Sequence record: MH051917
DNA from: Enterobacteria phage vB_EcoM_IME341
Length of the DNA stretch: 64,000 bases
Direction: 5' to 3' (one strand)
The notes beneath the pieces were generated by a model. That model was not told the DNA's origin, ran no database searches, and saw only the letters and a list, made by a program, of their open reading frames with translations. Positions 1-8,969 of the stretch are shown here, piece by piece. A program made the translations under genes and the position numbers. Position 1 is the first letter of the stretch. Each line of letters starts with the position of its first letter.

Positions 1-88
1 GCTGCGTGTAGAAACGTTTAAAGGCCCACAGGTTGGAATGGATACGACTTCTGCTGATATCGACGACTACATTAATTCACTTAAGTAA
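1..88 (+). CDS. 3' end of upstream CDS (partial; 5' end outside window)
   Basis: frame open from window edge to TAA at 86-88; followed by hairpin terminator. Confidence 0.3.
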   Translation, partial: LRVETFKGPQVGMDTTSADIDDYINSLK

Positions 89-95
89 TGTTACC

Positions 96-120
96 GGGAG
101 ACTTCGGTCTCCCTATTTGG
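96..120 (+). terminator. putative intrinsic terminator (UUCG tetraloop)
   Basis: GGGAGAC-TTCG-GTCTCCC hairpin followed by TATTT. Confidence 0.4.
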
Positions 121-136
121 AGGAGAGGAGAATATT

Positions 137-679
137 ATGAGTTTATATGATGACCTGATATCAAATATTGATTGGTTTAAACATAGCGGTCTTTCCCATG
201 AAACTAATGCAGTTCTTTATAGAATTCGCCAAGACCTAGGTTATTCCAATGATTTCTTAAGTCGAACAAGTAGCCATGGACACACTACCAAATTGCCCTT
301 TATCTTCGCTTTAGCTGAAGACCTTTCTTTTGCAGAAGCTTTAGAAATTATTGACGTAAATCTGGGTATTCAACGAGTGGAATTCGCTGGATTATGCTAT
401 TCAGTATACGCTTTAAATGAACCAAGTGATTGTAAACAGCTTGTTGATGCTGACGATGATTACCATTTAGTATGCTATTTGATGTTAGAAAATGGTGACC
501 ACTTTGGTATGGTCGACCGCCGCCCGAGTTATTCGGATATTAAAAATTACGATAAAGATGAGCTTATTATTTTGGCTAATGAGTATACATCAGAGATTCG
601 AAAACAACAACGGAAGCTTAATCGTTTTATTGCTGAATGTCGCGAATACGCTAAAGAGGTTCAAAATGGAACGGCCTAG
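137..679 (+). CDS. hypothetical protein
   Basis: 180-aa ORF, ATG preceded by GGAGGAGAGG SD; no family recognised. Confidence 0.6.
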   Translation: MSLYDDLISNIDWFKHSGLSHETNAVLYRIRQDLGYSNDFLSRTSSHGHTTKLPFIFALAEDLSFAEALEIIDVNLGIQRVEFAGLCYSVYALNEPSDCKQLVDADDDYHLVCYLMLENGDHFGMVDRRPSYSDIKNYDKDELIILANEYTSEIRKQQRKLNRFIAECREYAKEVQNGTA

Positions 680-1019
680 TCTTTCATCACATGTTTATCA
701 ATTGGCTGAATATGATATTGCTATTTCCTTATTTATGGGAATTGTCACCGGTATGCTAGGAGGTTTGGTTGGTCTGGTAATGACCACGGTTATGGCGGCA
801 ATCGAAGGAGTCACGCCTATTGAGATGGGTTTTTATATGATAATCGCTCCGGCTGTCGTGGCTTATTTTATCCCTGTTGTGTATGATATTTGCCATACAA
901 ACGCTTTGAATGCTCCCATCCGTAAGAGATATGCTTTAGAGATGGCTAATTATAATGAGCATGTAAAACAAACTAAACGTAATGACCTTGAAATCTTTAT
1001 TAAGGAATGTAAATCATGA
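666..1019 (+). CDS. small membrane protein
   Basis: in-frame ATG at 666 (MERPSL...) overlapping previous stop; two hydrophobic helices. Confidence 0.5.
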   Translation: MERPSLSSHVYQLAEYDIAISLFMGIVTGMLGGLVGLVMTTVMAAIEGVTPIEMGFYMIIAPAVVAYFIPVVYDICHTNALNAPIRKRYALEMANYNEHVKQTKRNDLEIFIKECKS

Positions 1020-1306
1020 ATAAAATTGAAATCGAAATCCCAGAACACAACGATGAGAAATCTGCAGAAAAGGCTATCTATGCTCTTCTGAATAAAGTGA
1101 ATACCATCGAACATGAATGTGAAGCTATTGCCGATAAGTATGGTATCCAATTCGGTACCGGTGATTATGGTTCAGGCCGTACATATTATCCTGTCGGTTA
1201 TGAATGCTCCCAGTGGTTTAAAGATGAAATTGAAAACAACGGCGGTGAAGTTGAAAACGGCGTCGTTACAGTTGGTGCTTGGGTCTCCTCTTCAGCAATG
1301 TGCTAA
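1016..1306 (+). CDS. small acidic protein, W-x-SSS-x-x-C family member 1
   Basis: 96 aa; ATGA overlap with previous gene; C-terminus ...AWVSSSAMC; first of five tandem paralogs. Confidence 0.6.
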   Translation: MNKIEIEIPEHNDEKSAEKAIYALLNKVNTIEHECEAIADKYGIQFGTGDYGSGRTYYPVGYECSQWFKDEIENNGGEVENGVVTVGAWVSSSAMC

Positions 1307-1315
1307 GGAAACGCT

Positions 1316-1597
1316 ATGATGAATGATAACCATAACAACCCGGAGCTTCTGGCCGCAGTAAAAGAAATCCATGAAGCTATTCGTCGTGCTGAGGAAATTG
1401 CAGACAAATATGAGACTCATTTTAATATATACCCTGCTCGCGGTATGGGCGGTGACTATTATTCTCCTGGCGCCCTGAAAGCTGACCTGGCCCACTGGGA
1501 AGAAGATGGTCATCCTGAATGGGCTATTGTTAATACTCATGACTATACAACTGACCTGGAAAATGGTGGTTGGGTGTCCTCTTCTTCTGAATGTTAA
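1316..1597 (+). CDS. small acidic protein, W-x-SSS-x-x-C family member 2
   Basis: 93 aa; SD AAGGAA; C-terminus ...GGWVSSSSEC. Confidence 0.6.
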   Translation: MMNDNHNNPELLAAVKEIHEAIRRAEEIADKYETHFNIYPARGMGGDYYSPGALKADLAHWEEDGHPEWAIVNTHDYTTDLENGGWVSSSSEC

Positions 1598-1606
1598 GGA
1601 ATTATT

Positions 1607-1804
1607 ATGTCTCGTGAATTAGATTGTGCAATCCGTACTGCAGCCGCAGCTATTGAAAACGTTATCCAGATTTGTAAAGAAGAACGCGAAGAAGCCGATA
1701 TCTATATCGATGGTGTTCGTGACCTAGAACGACATATCACGCTTTATAACGGTTGTATTACTATTAGTGGTACCTCTTGGGTGTCCTCCTCTTACGAATG
1801 CTAA
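1607..1804 (+). CDS. small acidic protein, W-x-SSS-x-x-C family member 3
   Basis: 65 aa; SD AAGGAA; C-terminus ...TSWVSSSYEC. Confidence 0.6.
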   Translation: MSRELDCAIRTAAAAIENVIQICKEEREEADIYIDGVRDLERHITLYNGCITISGTSWVSSSYEC

Positions 1805-1813
1805 GGAAATAAA

Positions 1814-2023
1814 ATGACTATTGATGAAATTGAAAAACAAATCCGTGAATTAGTACGTAAAGGCCAGTCTGTGGCTGACGAAACAGGTCAGCACTTCCAC
1901 GCTGGTGGCGAAGAATATATTCCAGCTTCTAGTCCGGAATATGATGATTACGAATGGGTCCGTGATGACTACGGTATTCCTGAAGGTGAAGGTTTCTGGT
2001 TTAGCTCCTCTATGTCTTGCTAA
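1814..2023 (+). CDS. small acidic protein, W-x-SSS-x-x-C family member 4
   Basis: 69 aa; SD AAGGAA; C-terminus ...GFWFSSSMSC. Confidence 0.6.
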   Translation: MTIDEIEKQIRELVRKGQSVADETGQHFHAGGEEYIPASSPEYDDYEWVRDDYGIPEGEGFWFSSSMSC

Positions 2024-2033
2024 GGTGATAAAA

Positions 2034-2258
2034 ATGACTGATATTAATGAATTAGAAAAAGCGGCACTTGAACTGGCTGCACTGTATAAGAAAGTAAAAG
2101 ATATGGCTTCTGCTCAGGATTTTGGTGTTGAGCTCGATGATTATGACGGTGAAGTTCGTCTCGAAGATTGGCTGAATAGCTCTTGTTATGGTGAAGAAGC
2201 TGGTCGCACCTTCGTTGCTCGGTCCGATGGTAAAATCTGGTACCCAAGCTCATGCTAA
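2034..2258 (+). CDS. small acidic protein, W-x-SSS-x-x-C family member 5 (divergent)
   Basis: in-frame ATG at 2034 after SD AAGGTGA; C-terminus ...KIWYPSSC. Confidence 0.55.
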   Translation: MTDINELEKAALELAALYKKVKDMASAQDFGVELDDYDGEVRLEDWLNSSCYGEEAGRTFVARSDGKIWYPSSC

Positions 2259-2479
2259 AATTGAAAAAACGATACATTCGTAAAATAAACGGTCTTCGCG
2301 ATTATGCCAAAGGTTGGCCACTAAGTATTATTATGGCTGATAGACACCCACGTTATAATACCGAGATGACTTATTACAAAAAGTATGATTCGTATTGTCG
2401 GTCTAAAGCAGGCCGTTTAGATGGTTCTTACGAAGACTATTTTGGTAAAAAACCTACTCGTGTTTCGTTAGGAAAATAA
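2252..2479 (+). CDS. hypothetical basic protein
   Basis: 75-aa ORF overlapping previous stop; Lys/Arg-rich; no family recognised. Confidence 0.35.
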   Translation: MLKLKKRYIRKINGLRDYAKGWPLSIIMADRHPRYNTEMTYYKKYDSYCRSKAGRLDGSYEDYFGKKPTRVSLGK

Positions 2480-2509
2480 TTTAACCACATGGATGTGGTA
2501 GGAGGACTT

Positions 2510-2839
2510 ATGCATAAAGATTCAGTATTCAAATATCTTTTGAAAACAGATAAAGAATTCTATATGAATGGGCAAGCCTTCTTGTTCGTTCGTGGTAAAC
2601 GTGAGATGTTTTACAAATGCGACCTCTCAATGCACCATCATATGTATCACACCCATGGCGAGCCTATACTGGGGTTCTCTGGTGACGAAACTAGACGTAT
2701 AGCTATGTACTACGACCATTTTAAGCTCAATGATTGTGGTGACAACGCTCTGGTCTGGAATCCATCTTGGCGTCGTTGGGATACGGTAGACAACGATAAA
2801 TTATTTTTAGAATATTGCAGAAGTGATGTACAACTCTAA
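2510..2839 (+). CDS. hypothetical protein
   Basis: in-frame ATG 2510 preceded by GGAGGA SD; 109 aa. Confidence 0.5.
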   Translation: MHKDSVFKYLLKTDKEFYMNGQAFLFVRGKREMFYKCDLSMHHHMYHTHGEPILGFSGDETRRIAMYYDHFKLNDCGDNALVWNPSWRRWDTVDNDKLFLEYCRSDVQL

Positions 2840-2882
2840 AAATACGTGTTACTATTACCCTACACAAACATGAGGAGAACAT

Positions 2883-3122
2883 ATGTGGTATTACGCTCCG
2901 ATGTCCGATAAGTCTAATGAACCGGTACGCATTACTCGTGCCAAGTTTAAAAAGATTTATGGCTTTGCTTATAAGAAGTCTGATTACGGTGTTCGTTTTG
3001 AAGATGCTCACTGTATCAATGACCCTTATGCAGAAGAAATTTCTAATGAGATAATTCCTATCGTTGAGAGTAATTCCAATGATATGTGGGAATTGCATAA
3101 CACTTACGTTGCCGAAATTTAA
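2883..3122 (+). CDS. hypothetical protein
   Basis: 79-aa ORF, SD GAGGAG upstream. Confidence 0.5.
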   Translation: MWYYAPMSDKSNEPVRITRAKFKKIYGFAYKKSDYGVRFEDAHCINDPYAEEISNEIIPIVESNSNDMWELHNTYVAEI

Positions 3123-3141
3123 GTTTACTGAGGAAAATATT

Positions 3142-4101
3142 ATGATGCTAGTTATTGGTTCTCGCGCACTGCACCACGCTGGTCTGATTGAAAATAAGTA
3201 TATCGAAAATTCTGATTGGGATTTCATTGCCGACCAAGGCTCATGGAACCACTTTAAAGCTCGGATGTTCGGCGCCCATGTACACGTTGACAATCCTGAT
3301 GTTCAGGCTTTCAAATGTATGCATAATGGTAAAGAAACCTATTTCGAAGCTTATATCGTCCGTGCTCTGACTAACGTACGTGAAATCACTGGTGAGCTCC
3401 AAGACGAAGATTTCACCTCAAGTTATCGTCTCCTGAAATATGCTGAAAATCGTATTAAAAAGGACCGTCTTACAGGTTTCTATTGGGCTACGCCTGATAT
3501 CTGTCTGGCTATCAAAACCTCTCATCGTTTCCTGAAGAATAATCCTTTCTTCTTGAAAACTATGTCCCACATCAAATACCTTCGTAATAAAGGTATCACC
3601 CTGAATGAAGAACTCCAGGAAATTATGCTGCAGCGTCAAAAAGAAACGTTGAGCTATTCCCACCCTAAATTGGATGTAAACAAATCATCGTTCTTTAACG
3701 ATACCATTTATACGCTAGACCACGACTCTATCCATGAAGCCGTGGCATTGGCAGGGCGCCCGGCATATACCTTTTATATGAAGGAAGGTTCTGAAGTCAT
3801 GACCTCTCGTGAGAAGTTCGAGGCTTTGCCTGAAGCTATTAAACTGGCTGGTGTATATGAAGAAACTTGTGTCCTGGCACTAGAACGTTCACAGGTTCCT
3901 AATGACTTCAATATTTCACCATCATTAAGTTTCTATATGGCTCTTGAGAAAGTGTGTACCTCAATCACTTCAGGTTGGTTCCGTGAGTACGCCTGGGAAA
4001 ACTACCAAGCTGTGGTTAATATGTACAAGACTTTAGGTGAAAACGACTACATCAAACGATTCCAAGATAACCATCATTTAATTCGTCCTTTCGAAAAATA
4101 A
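3142..4101 (+). CDS. hypothetical protein (weak nucleotidyltransferase-like N-terminus)
   Basis: in-frame ATG 3142 after SD GAGGAAAA; 319 aa; N-terminal VIGSRAL...SDWDF loosely resembles G-S...D-x-D. Confidence 0.55.
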   Translation: MMLVIGSRALHHAGLIENKYIENSDWDFIADQGSWNHFKARMFGAHVHVDNPDVQAFKCMHNGKETYFEAYIVRALTNVREITGELQDEDFTSSYRLLKYAENRIKKDRLTGFYWATPDICLAIKTSHRFLKNNPFFLKTMSHIKYLRNKGITLNEELQEIMLQRQKETLSYSHPKLDVNKSSFFNDTIYTLDHDSIHEAVALAGRPAYTFYMKEGSEVMTSREKFEALPEAIKLAGVYEETCVLALERSQVPNDFNISPSLSFYMALEKVCTSITSGWFREYAWENYQAVVNMYKTLGENDYIKRFQDNHHLIRPFEK

Positions 4102-4113
4102 TTGCATAAAATT

Positions 4114-4143
4114 GTTTACAAGGTCTATAGGCATGATACTATA
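4114..4143 (+). promoter_or_regulatory. early sigma70-type promoter
   Basis: GTTTACA -35, 17-18 nt spacer, TG-n-TACTAT extended -10, then conserved GACCTATCAA. Confidence 0.6.
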
Positions 4144-4167
4144 GACCTATCAAAACAACAGAGTGAA

Positions 4168-4392
4168 ATGGAGAATAAAATGAAACTTTCTAACCAAGCA
4201 ATCAACATGTTAAACGAAGTTCGTGCAGCTGGTGCTAAATGCCTGATGGTTAACACTCGTGACGGTGACCTTCGTCAAGCATTCGGTGAATTGAAATCTG
4301 CTGACCTGGTTAAATGTTCAGTTGGTATCGGTAACGCACTTCGTGTATCCTTATCCCCTAAAGGTAAAATGTACTTTTTCAACAAAAAGTAA
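4168..4392 (+). CDS. hypothetical protein
   Basis: downstream of early promoter cassette; ATG 4168 or 4180 both in frame. Confidence 0.5.
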   Translation: MENKMKLSNQAINMLNEVRAAGAKCLMVNTRDGDLRQAFGELKSADLVKCSVGIGNALRVSLSPKGKMYFFNKK

Positions 4393-4406
4393 GTGAGGAA
4401 AATATT

Positions 4407-5093
4407 ATGAACGGTCCAAAAACTTTTAATTCTAAAGCTCGTGCAGTAGGTGGTTTCGCTGGTAAAATTTCTAATGATAAAATCAAAAACGAACCTATGT
4501 TCTTCAACAGCTCGTTGGCCTTCGCTTTTGATAATGGTGGCCCTATTACTCGCAGCTTCATCATGAACCTACCGGATGATTGGAACACTGACCGGGTTGT
4601 ATTTGATTCTCGTGTTCATATGCTGATGCCTGGCTGGTACCCTGCTATCCCAGGTTATCACCATGATGATGTACCACGTCCGGATATTCCGGTTGGCCAA
4701 CACTTTATTACCGCAGGGCAGCCTGATTATGATAATCCTCGTTACCATTCTGAACATATTCTTGGTCTTGTTAACGCTGATGTGTGTCCTACCCATTTTG
4801 CAACCGGAACTGCGCAATTTAGCCAGATTCCTGAAGGCGAACTTATCTATCGCCAGTGGCATAAAGAAGTTCTGGAAAAAATTGAGTCCAATGAATTAAC
4901 CAAGTGGGATGCTCCTGACCGCACGTTGCTCCAATTTGATTGGCAGACATGGCATACAGGTTCTCGTGCAGTAAGTAACGGTTGGCGCTGGTTTGGTCGT
5001 GTCTCTCGTAATACCGACCGTGTTAAAAAGATTACTAATGAAATCCGTGTTAATGCTCAAGTTTATCTGGAATTCCCTATGGAGGGCTGGTAA
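4407..5093 (+). CDS. hypothetical protein
   Basis: 228-aa ORF, SD GAGGAAAA upstream; Trp-rich; no family recognised. Confidence 0.55.
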   Translation: MNGPKTFNSKARAVGGFAGKISNDKIKNEPMFFNSSLAFAFDNGGPITRSFIMNLPDDWNTDRVVFDSRVHMLMPGWYPAIPGYHHDDVPRPDIPVGQHFITAGQPDYDNPRYHSEHILGLVNADVCPTHFATGTAQFSQIPEGELIYRQWHKEVLEKIESNELTKWDAPDRTLLQFDWQTWHTGSRAVSNGWRWFGRVSRNTDRVKKITNEIRVNAQVYLEFPMEGW

Positions 5094-5680
5094 TGGCCCT
5101 TTATGAACCCGGGTGTATGGGCATTGATGTAAACTTCATCCGTCGGTCGGAAAATGCCGGAATTATTATCCCAAGAGGTGAGAATATGATTATTAAAAAG
5201 TCCTGGCGAAATCTCGATGACGGTGATGAAGGAATTTCAGCCAGTACAATAGATTGGTCAGGTTGTACTGCTGAAATGAAACAGCTTTTAATTGAGGAAT
5301 ATAAAATGGGTTATATCGTAAACGGTTGGCAACCTGAACCACATAAAGAGCAGACTCCGGACCCGTTGATTTGTTATAGTAAAAAATACGGCTTTCGCGC
5401 ATGGAGTGACGAATATGACAAATTAGTGAGTTCTAGGTTCTATGTTTGGATGGGAATATTATTTTTTCCACTCCTTTGGTTTTTCCTGACAACAGATAAT
5501 GACCTGCCTATTTGTGTATTCGCTTCAGCGATGTCTGCGGCTATCTCGGGTCTTATTGCGTCATTTTTATGGACCTCGGTTATCGAAGTACCTTTTCGTA
5601 TTTCTAAAGTTAAAAAGGTATATGATGATATCTCCAAGAAAAATACATTAAACTCTTTTATTGAGGAATGCCGTAAATGA
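5093..5680 (+). CDS. hypothetical membrane protein
   Basis: 195-aa ORF (alternative start 5186); C-terminal hydrophobic helices. Confidence 0.5.
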   Translation: MALYEPGCMGIDVNFIRRSENAGIIIPRGENMIIKKSWRNLDDGDEGISASTIDWSGCTAEMKQLLIEEYKMGYIVNGWQPEPHKEQTPDPLICYSKKYGFRAWSDEYDKLVSSRFYVWMGILFFPLLWFFLTTDNDLPICVFASAMSAAISGLIASFLWTSVIEVPFRISKVKKVYDDISKKNTLNSFIEECRK

Positions 5681-5913
5681 GTATTGCAATTTATATTAAA
5701 TCTGAGTCATGTGATTCTTATCTGTATTCCTATGATACCGGAACGTCAGAAGAAAAAATCAAAGAAGATTTAGAAAGCGACTTGGATATGTTCCGACCTA
5801 TTTCTGATTATATGGTCCAAATATCTGATAGTGAAAGTCCGTCAACAGAAACGTGTGTTGAAATTATTATACGAGATATCTTTAAACAATCATGGGACCG
5901 AGACAATGAGTAA
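5677..5913 (+). CDS. hypothetical protein
   Basis: 78-aa ORF, ATGA overlap with previous gene. Confidence 0.4.
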   Translation: MSIAIYIKSESCDSYLYSYDTGTSEEKIKEDLESDLDMFRPISDYMVQISDSESPSTETCVEIIIRDIFKQSWDRDNE

Positions 5914-6355
5914 GAAAGCTAAGGAATTATCGGCAGGTATTTTGTTCATGACTGTTGATAAAGAACTGGTCATGGGGCGTGTAACAGGCTCTCGTAATCC
6001 AGAGAATATGCGTCATAAATGGGACATTCCTAAAGGTCATGTCGAACCAGGCGAAGAGCCTATTCAAGCGGCAATGCGTGAAACCGAAGAAGAGATTGGA
6101 TTCACAGCATACGATCCTGCGTTCCTGAAAGACCTAGGTGAGTTCAAATATTCAAGCAATAAGAATCTACATCTGTTCTTATATACGGTGCCTGTGGAAC
6201 ACGAGCAGTTCAAGAATTGCAAATGTACGGCTTACCATACGTTCCCTGACGGTCGCACGATTCCTGAATTCGATGCGTTTGCCTTGATTAAACGTCCACA
6301 ATGGGAATATGTCATGGGTAAGTCGATGTTTAAGGTTTTAGATTCGCTCTTTTGA
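5906..6355 (+). CDS. nudE: Nudix hydrolase
   Basis: Nudix box GHVEPGEEPIQAAMRETEEEIG; immediately upstream of lysozyme e as in T4. Confidence 0.8.
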   Translation: MSKKAKELSAGILFMTVDKELVMGRVTGSRNPENMRHKWDIPKGHVEPGEEPIQAAMRETEEEIGFTAYDPAFLKDLGEFKYSSNKNLHLFLYTVPVEHEQFKNCKCTAYHTFPDGRTIPEFDAFALIKRPQWEYVMGKSMFKVLDSLF

Positions 6356-6363
6356 TATAAATA
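6356..6363 (+). promoter_or_regulatory. late promoter of lysozyme gene e
   Basis: exact TATAAATA 22 nt upstream of e start codon. Confidence 0.7.
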
Positions 6364-6385
6364 CCTCCTATACTCAGGAGGTATT

Positions 6386-6880
6386 ATGGATATTTTTGAT
6401 ATGTTACGTCAAGACGAAGGTCTTGATTTAAATCTTTATAAAGACACCGAAGGTTATTGGACTATTGGGATTGGCCAGTTGATTACCAAAAACCCTTCAA
6501 AAGATGTTGCTCGTGCCGAACTTGATAAGCTTATGGGCCGGGTTTGCAACGGTCGTATTACTATGGCTGAAGCTGAACAACTCTTTAACCGATCGGTTGA
6601 AAATGCTCGTAGAGCTATTCTGCGTAATCCTAAATTGAAACCTGTTTATGATGTACTGGACGAAGTTCGTCGTTGTGCTTTAATTAACATGGTCTTCCAG
6701 ATGGGTGAAGCAGGTGTAGCTGGGTTCACTAACTCTTTACGTATGCTCCAACAGAAACGTTGGGACGATGCGGCAGTTAACCTGGCTCAATCCCGTTGGT
6801 ATAAACAAACTCCTAATCGTGCTAAGCGCGTGATTTCAACATTTAAAACAGGTACTTGGAAAGCATATGAAAACTTATAA
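6386..6880 (+). CDS. e: endolysin (T4 lysozyme family)
   Basis: 164 aa; [13 protein letters not shown]...[13 protein letters not shown] closely matches T4 lysozyme. Confidence 0.95.
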   Translation: MDIFDMLRQDEGLDLNLYKDTEGYWTIGIGQLITKNPSKDVARAELDKLMGRVCNGRITMAEAEQLFNRSVENARRAILRNPKLKPVYDVLDEVRRCALINMVFQMGEAGVAGFTNSLRMLQQKRWDDAAVNLAQSRWYKQTPNRAKRVISTFKTGTWKAYENL

Positions 6881-7169
6881 TGAATTTATCACTGAAGCCC
6901 GCGTAACCGCAGGTAAATTAGAAGCCGCTGTAAATAAAAAGGCCCATTCATTTCATGATTTGCCAGATAAAGACCGTAAGAAACTTGTAAGCCTTTATAT
7001 TGACAAAGAGCGTATTCTCGCTCTCCCGGGCGCTAATGAAGGTAAACAGGCCAAGCCTTTGAATTCTGTCGAAAAGAAAATTGATAACTTTGCTTCTAAG
7101 TTTGGTATGTCTATGGATGACCTTCAGCAAGCGGCTACCGAAGCAGCTAAAGCAATTAAAGGTAAATAA
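6867..7169 (+). CDS. internal head protein (IP family)
   Basis: N-terminal [11 protein letters not shown] resembles T4 IP capsid-targeting sequence; T4 ipII/ipIII position. Confidence 0.65.
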   Translation: MKTYNEFITEARVTAGKLEAAVNKKAHSFHDLPDKDRKKLVSLYIDKERILALPGANEGKQAKPLNSVEKKIDNFASKFGMSMDDLQQAATEAAKAIKGK

Positions 7170-7171
7170 CA

Positions 7172-7200
7172 GTTTACTTTTACAATAGCTGTGATATAGT
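7172..7200 (+). promoter_or_regulatory. early promoter upstream of denV
   Basis: GTTTAC -35 and TG-n-TATAGT -10. Confidence 0.5.
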
Positions 7201-7229
7201 GTTCTCACACAAACATGGAGAACACTAAA

Positions 7230-7646
7230 ATGACTCGTATTAACCTTACCTTAGTATCTGAATTGGCCGACCAACACTTAATGGCTGAATATCGCGAATT
7301 ACCACGTGTTTTCGGTGCAGTTCGTAAGCATGTTGCTAATGGTAAACGTGTTCGTGATTTTAAAATTAGCTCTACTTTTATCCTTGGTACCGGCCATGTT
7401 ACTTTCTTTTATGATAAGCTTGAATTTTTACGTAAACGTCAAATCGAGCTTATAGCCGAATGTTTAAAACGTGGTTTTAATATCAAGGACACTACGGTCC
7501 AAGACATTAGTGATATTCCTCAGGAATTCCGTGGTGACTATACTCCACACGAAGCTTCTATTGCTATATCTCAGGCCCGTTTGGACGAAAAAATTGCACA
7601 GCGTCCTACCTGGTACAAACATTATGGCAAGGCTATTTACGCTTAA
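7230..7646 (+). CDS. denV: endonuclease V, pyrimidine-dimer DNA glycosylase
   Basis: [27 protein letters not shown]... matches T4 DenV. Confidence 0.9.
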   Translation: MTRINLTLVSELADQHLMAEYRELPRVFGAVRKHVANGKRVRDFKISSTFILGTGHVTFFYDKLEFLRKRQIELIAECLKRGFNIKDTTVQDISDIPQEFRGDYTPHEASIAISQARLDEKIAQRPTWYKHYGKAIYA

Positions 7647-7688
7647 TTAAATCCGTGATAGAATACTTCTATCAACTTAAGGAATAAT

Positions 7689-7988
7689 ATGAAAACTTAT
7701 CAAGAATTTATTACAGAAGCCAAAGCTCCTAAAGCATTTCAAATTGGAGTTCAAGGCAATTTAGACCAAGAATATGTTGATGCTATTGTAGCAAGCCTCG
7801 GTAAACAGGGTGTACAAGTGGATTTTGTTGATTTTACCAAAGGTAATACTTTTAATATTGTTACATCTAAAGGTTCTTTAGCTAAAGTTAAAAAGGCCTT
7901 TGGCGTAGCACAAGCATATGAAATCGACCACTCCGAATTGGAAAATAAAGGTCGCCAGAACACAATTAAAGGTTCTGGTTCTTTCTAA
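7689..7988 (+). CDS. internal head protein (IP family)
   Basis: N-terminal MKTYQEFITEA capsid-targeting-like sequence. Confidence 0.65.
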   Translation: MKTYQEFITEAKAPKAFQIGVQGNLDQEYVDAIVASLGKQGVQVDFVDFTKGNTFNIVTSKGSLAKVKKAFGVAQAYEIDHSELENKGRQNTIKGSGSF

Positions 7989-8084
7989 TAAAGGCAAGCC
8001 GGCCCTCTCCTCATGAACGTCGCGTCCTCTGAGTGATGGACCTTTCCCTACCTGTAATAAGGTCGAGCCCAAGTGCGGTAAAGG

Positions 8085-8113
8085 GTTTACATACGGATAC
8101 ATGGACGAATTAT
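8085..8113 (+). promoter_or_regulatory. putative early promoter
   Basis: GTTTACA -35 with weaker -10 AATTAT. Confidence 0.4.
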
Positions 8114-8148
8114 GTGCCAAGGAACGGCCCCACCACTAAGAGACTACT

Positions 8149-8676
8149 ATGAAATTTTTAACTCCCATTTATCTAACCTTAATGCACGCCTTCGCTGAAC
8201 GCGCCATTGAACGTTTAGACTCAGACCAATATACCTGGTATGAACCTGCTTCAAGAATGCAAGAGTTTGGTACTCTTCGACTTGATGGCGGACGCCAAAC
8301 AGGTAAAACAAGTGCCCTTGCTCAGTTCGCAGCTGATTGGGTTTCCAAGGGTAATGATGTGATTGTTATGTCAAGTTCTTCGCATCGCTCGCGGGAAATC
8401 TGTAATATAATAAAGCGGGTTTCTAAGGCACAACCGCATCTTAATGTTGACCAACCCGGTTTTATCGTCTACGATACTGTTCGTTCATTTTTAGATGAAG
8501 ATCATTTCCATAAGTACCGTGGGCTATCTGTTACCCGATTATTGATTATTATTGAAGAGCCGATGCGCCTTCCGGCAATGGATAAGTTCTATGAAGCTTA
8601 TCAGGTAATGATTAATAAATTTATGTGCCAAGGCGACAAACCTTTACCTCTGTTCTTTGTGATAGGAATGCAATGA
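8149..8676 (+). CDS. hypothetical P-loop protein
   Basis: 175 aa; Walker-A-like GGRQTGKTS and hydrophobic-EE stretch LLIIIEEP. Confidence 0.5.
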   Translation: MKFLTPIYLTLMHAFAERAIERLDSDQYTWYEPASRMQEFGTLRLDGGRQTGKTSALAQFAADWVSKGNDVIVMSSSSHRSREICNIIKRVSKAQPHLNVDQPGFIVYDTVRSFLDEDHFHKYRGLSVTRLLIIIEEPMRLPAMDKFYEAYQVMINKFMCQGDKPLPLFFVIGMQ

Positions 8677-8969
8677 TGACTGATGAAGAACTTTTTGAGT
8701 TCTGTTATTTCTCACGTAAGGTTCGAAGAGAGGACCTTACCGCGAATTTTGAATATGCTTATTTTTACCCACTAGAATACGTGTTCATGACAGGGCCCTT
8801 TAAGGGCTCTCGTTTTAGATGTCATGCCCCAAGCATCCGATTAATGAAACAGGTTCCTTACTTTACCCTCGAGTTCATCTCAGGGCCTTGTAAGGGTATT
8901 ATTACTCGCAGTCTCTTAACTTATGACCAAGAGATTCATATGATTTCTGACTGGAAGAAATATGTCTAA
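8673..8969 (+). CDS. hypothetical protein
   Basis: in-frame ATG 8673 overlapping previous stop. Confidence 0.5.
   Translation: MMTDEELFEFCYFSRKVRREDLTANFEYAYFYPLEYVFMTGPFKGSRFRCHAPSIRLMKQVPYFTLEFISGPCKGIITRSLLTYDQEIHMISDWKKYV

Noticed and set aside
492-679. N-terminal extension of the 492-1019 ORF
   Set aside because: Overlaps the preceding gene in another frame; the in-frame ATG at 666 with an overlapping stop/start is the more plausible initiation site.
1113-1319. Alternative-frame ORF inside the first tandem paralog
   Set aside because: Entirely embedded in a gene belonging to a five-member conserved family; no independent support.
2727-3293. 188-aa minus-strand ORF from the six-frame track
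   Set aside because: Lies antisense across two well-supported + strand genes, has no SD and no promoter; typical shadow ORF. The same applies to the other long minus-strand ORFs overlapping + strand genes (16237-16593, 33286-33591, 42735-43214, 51393-51818, 62219-62668, 63618-63920).
7989-8148. tRNA gene in the GC-rich intergenic segment
   Set aside because: No GTTCGA-type T-loop, no acceptor-stem complementarity and no cloverleaf could be drawn; no tRNA-like sequence was seen elsewhere in the window either.
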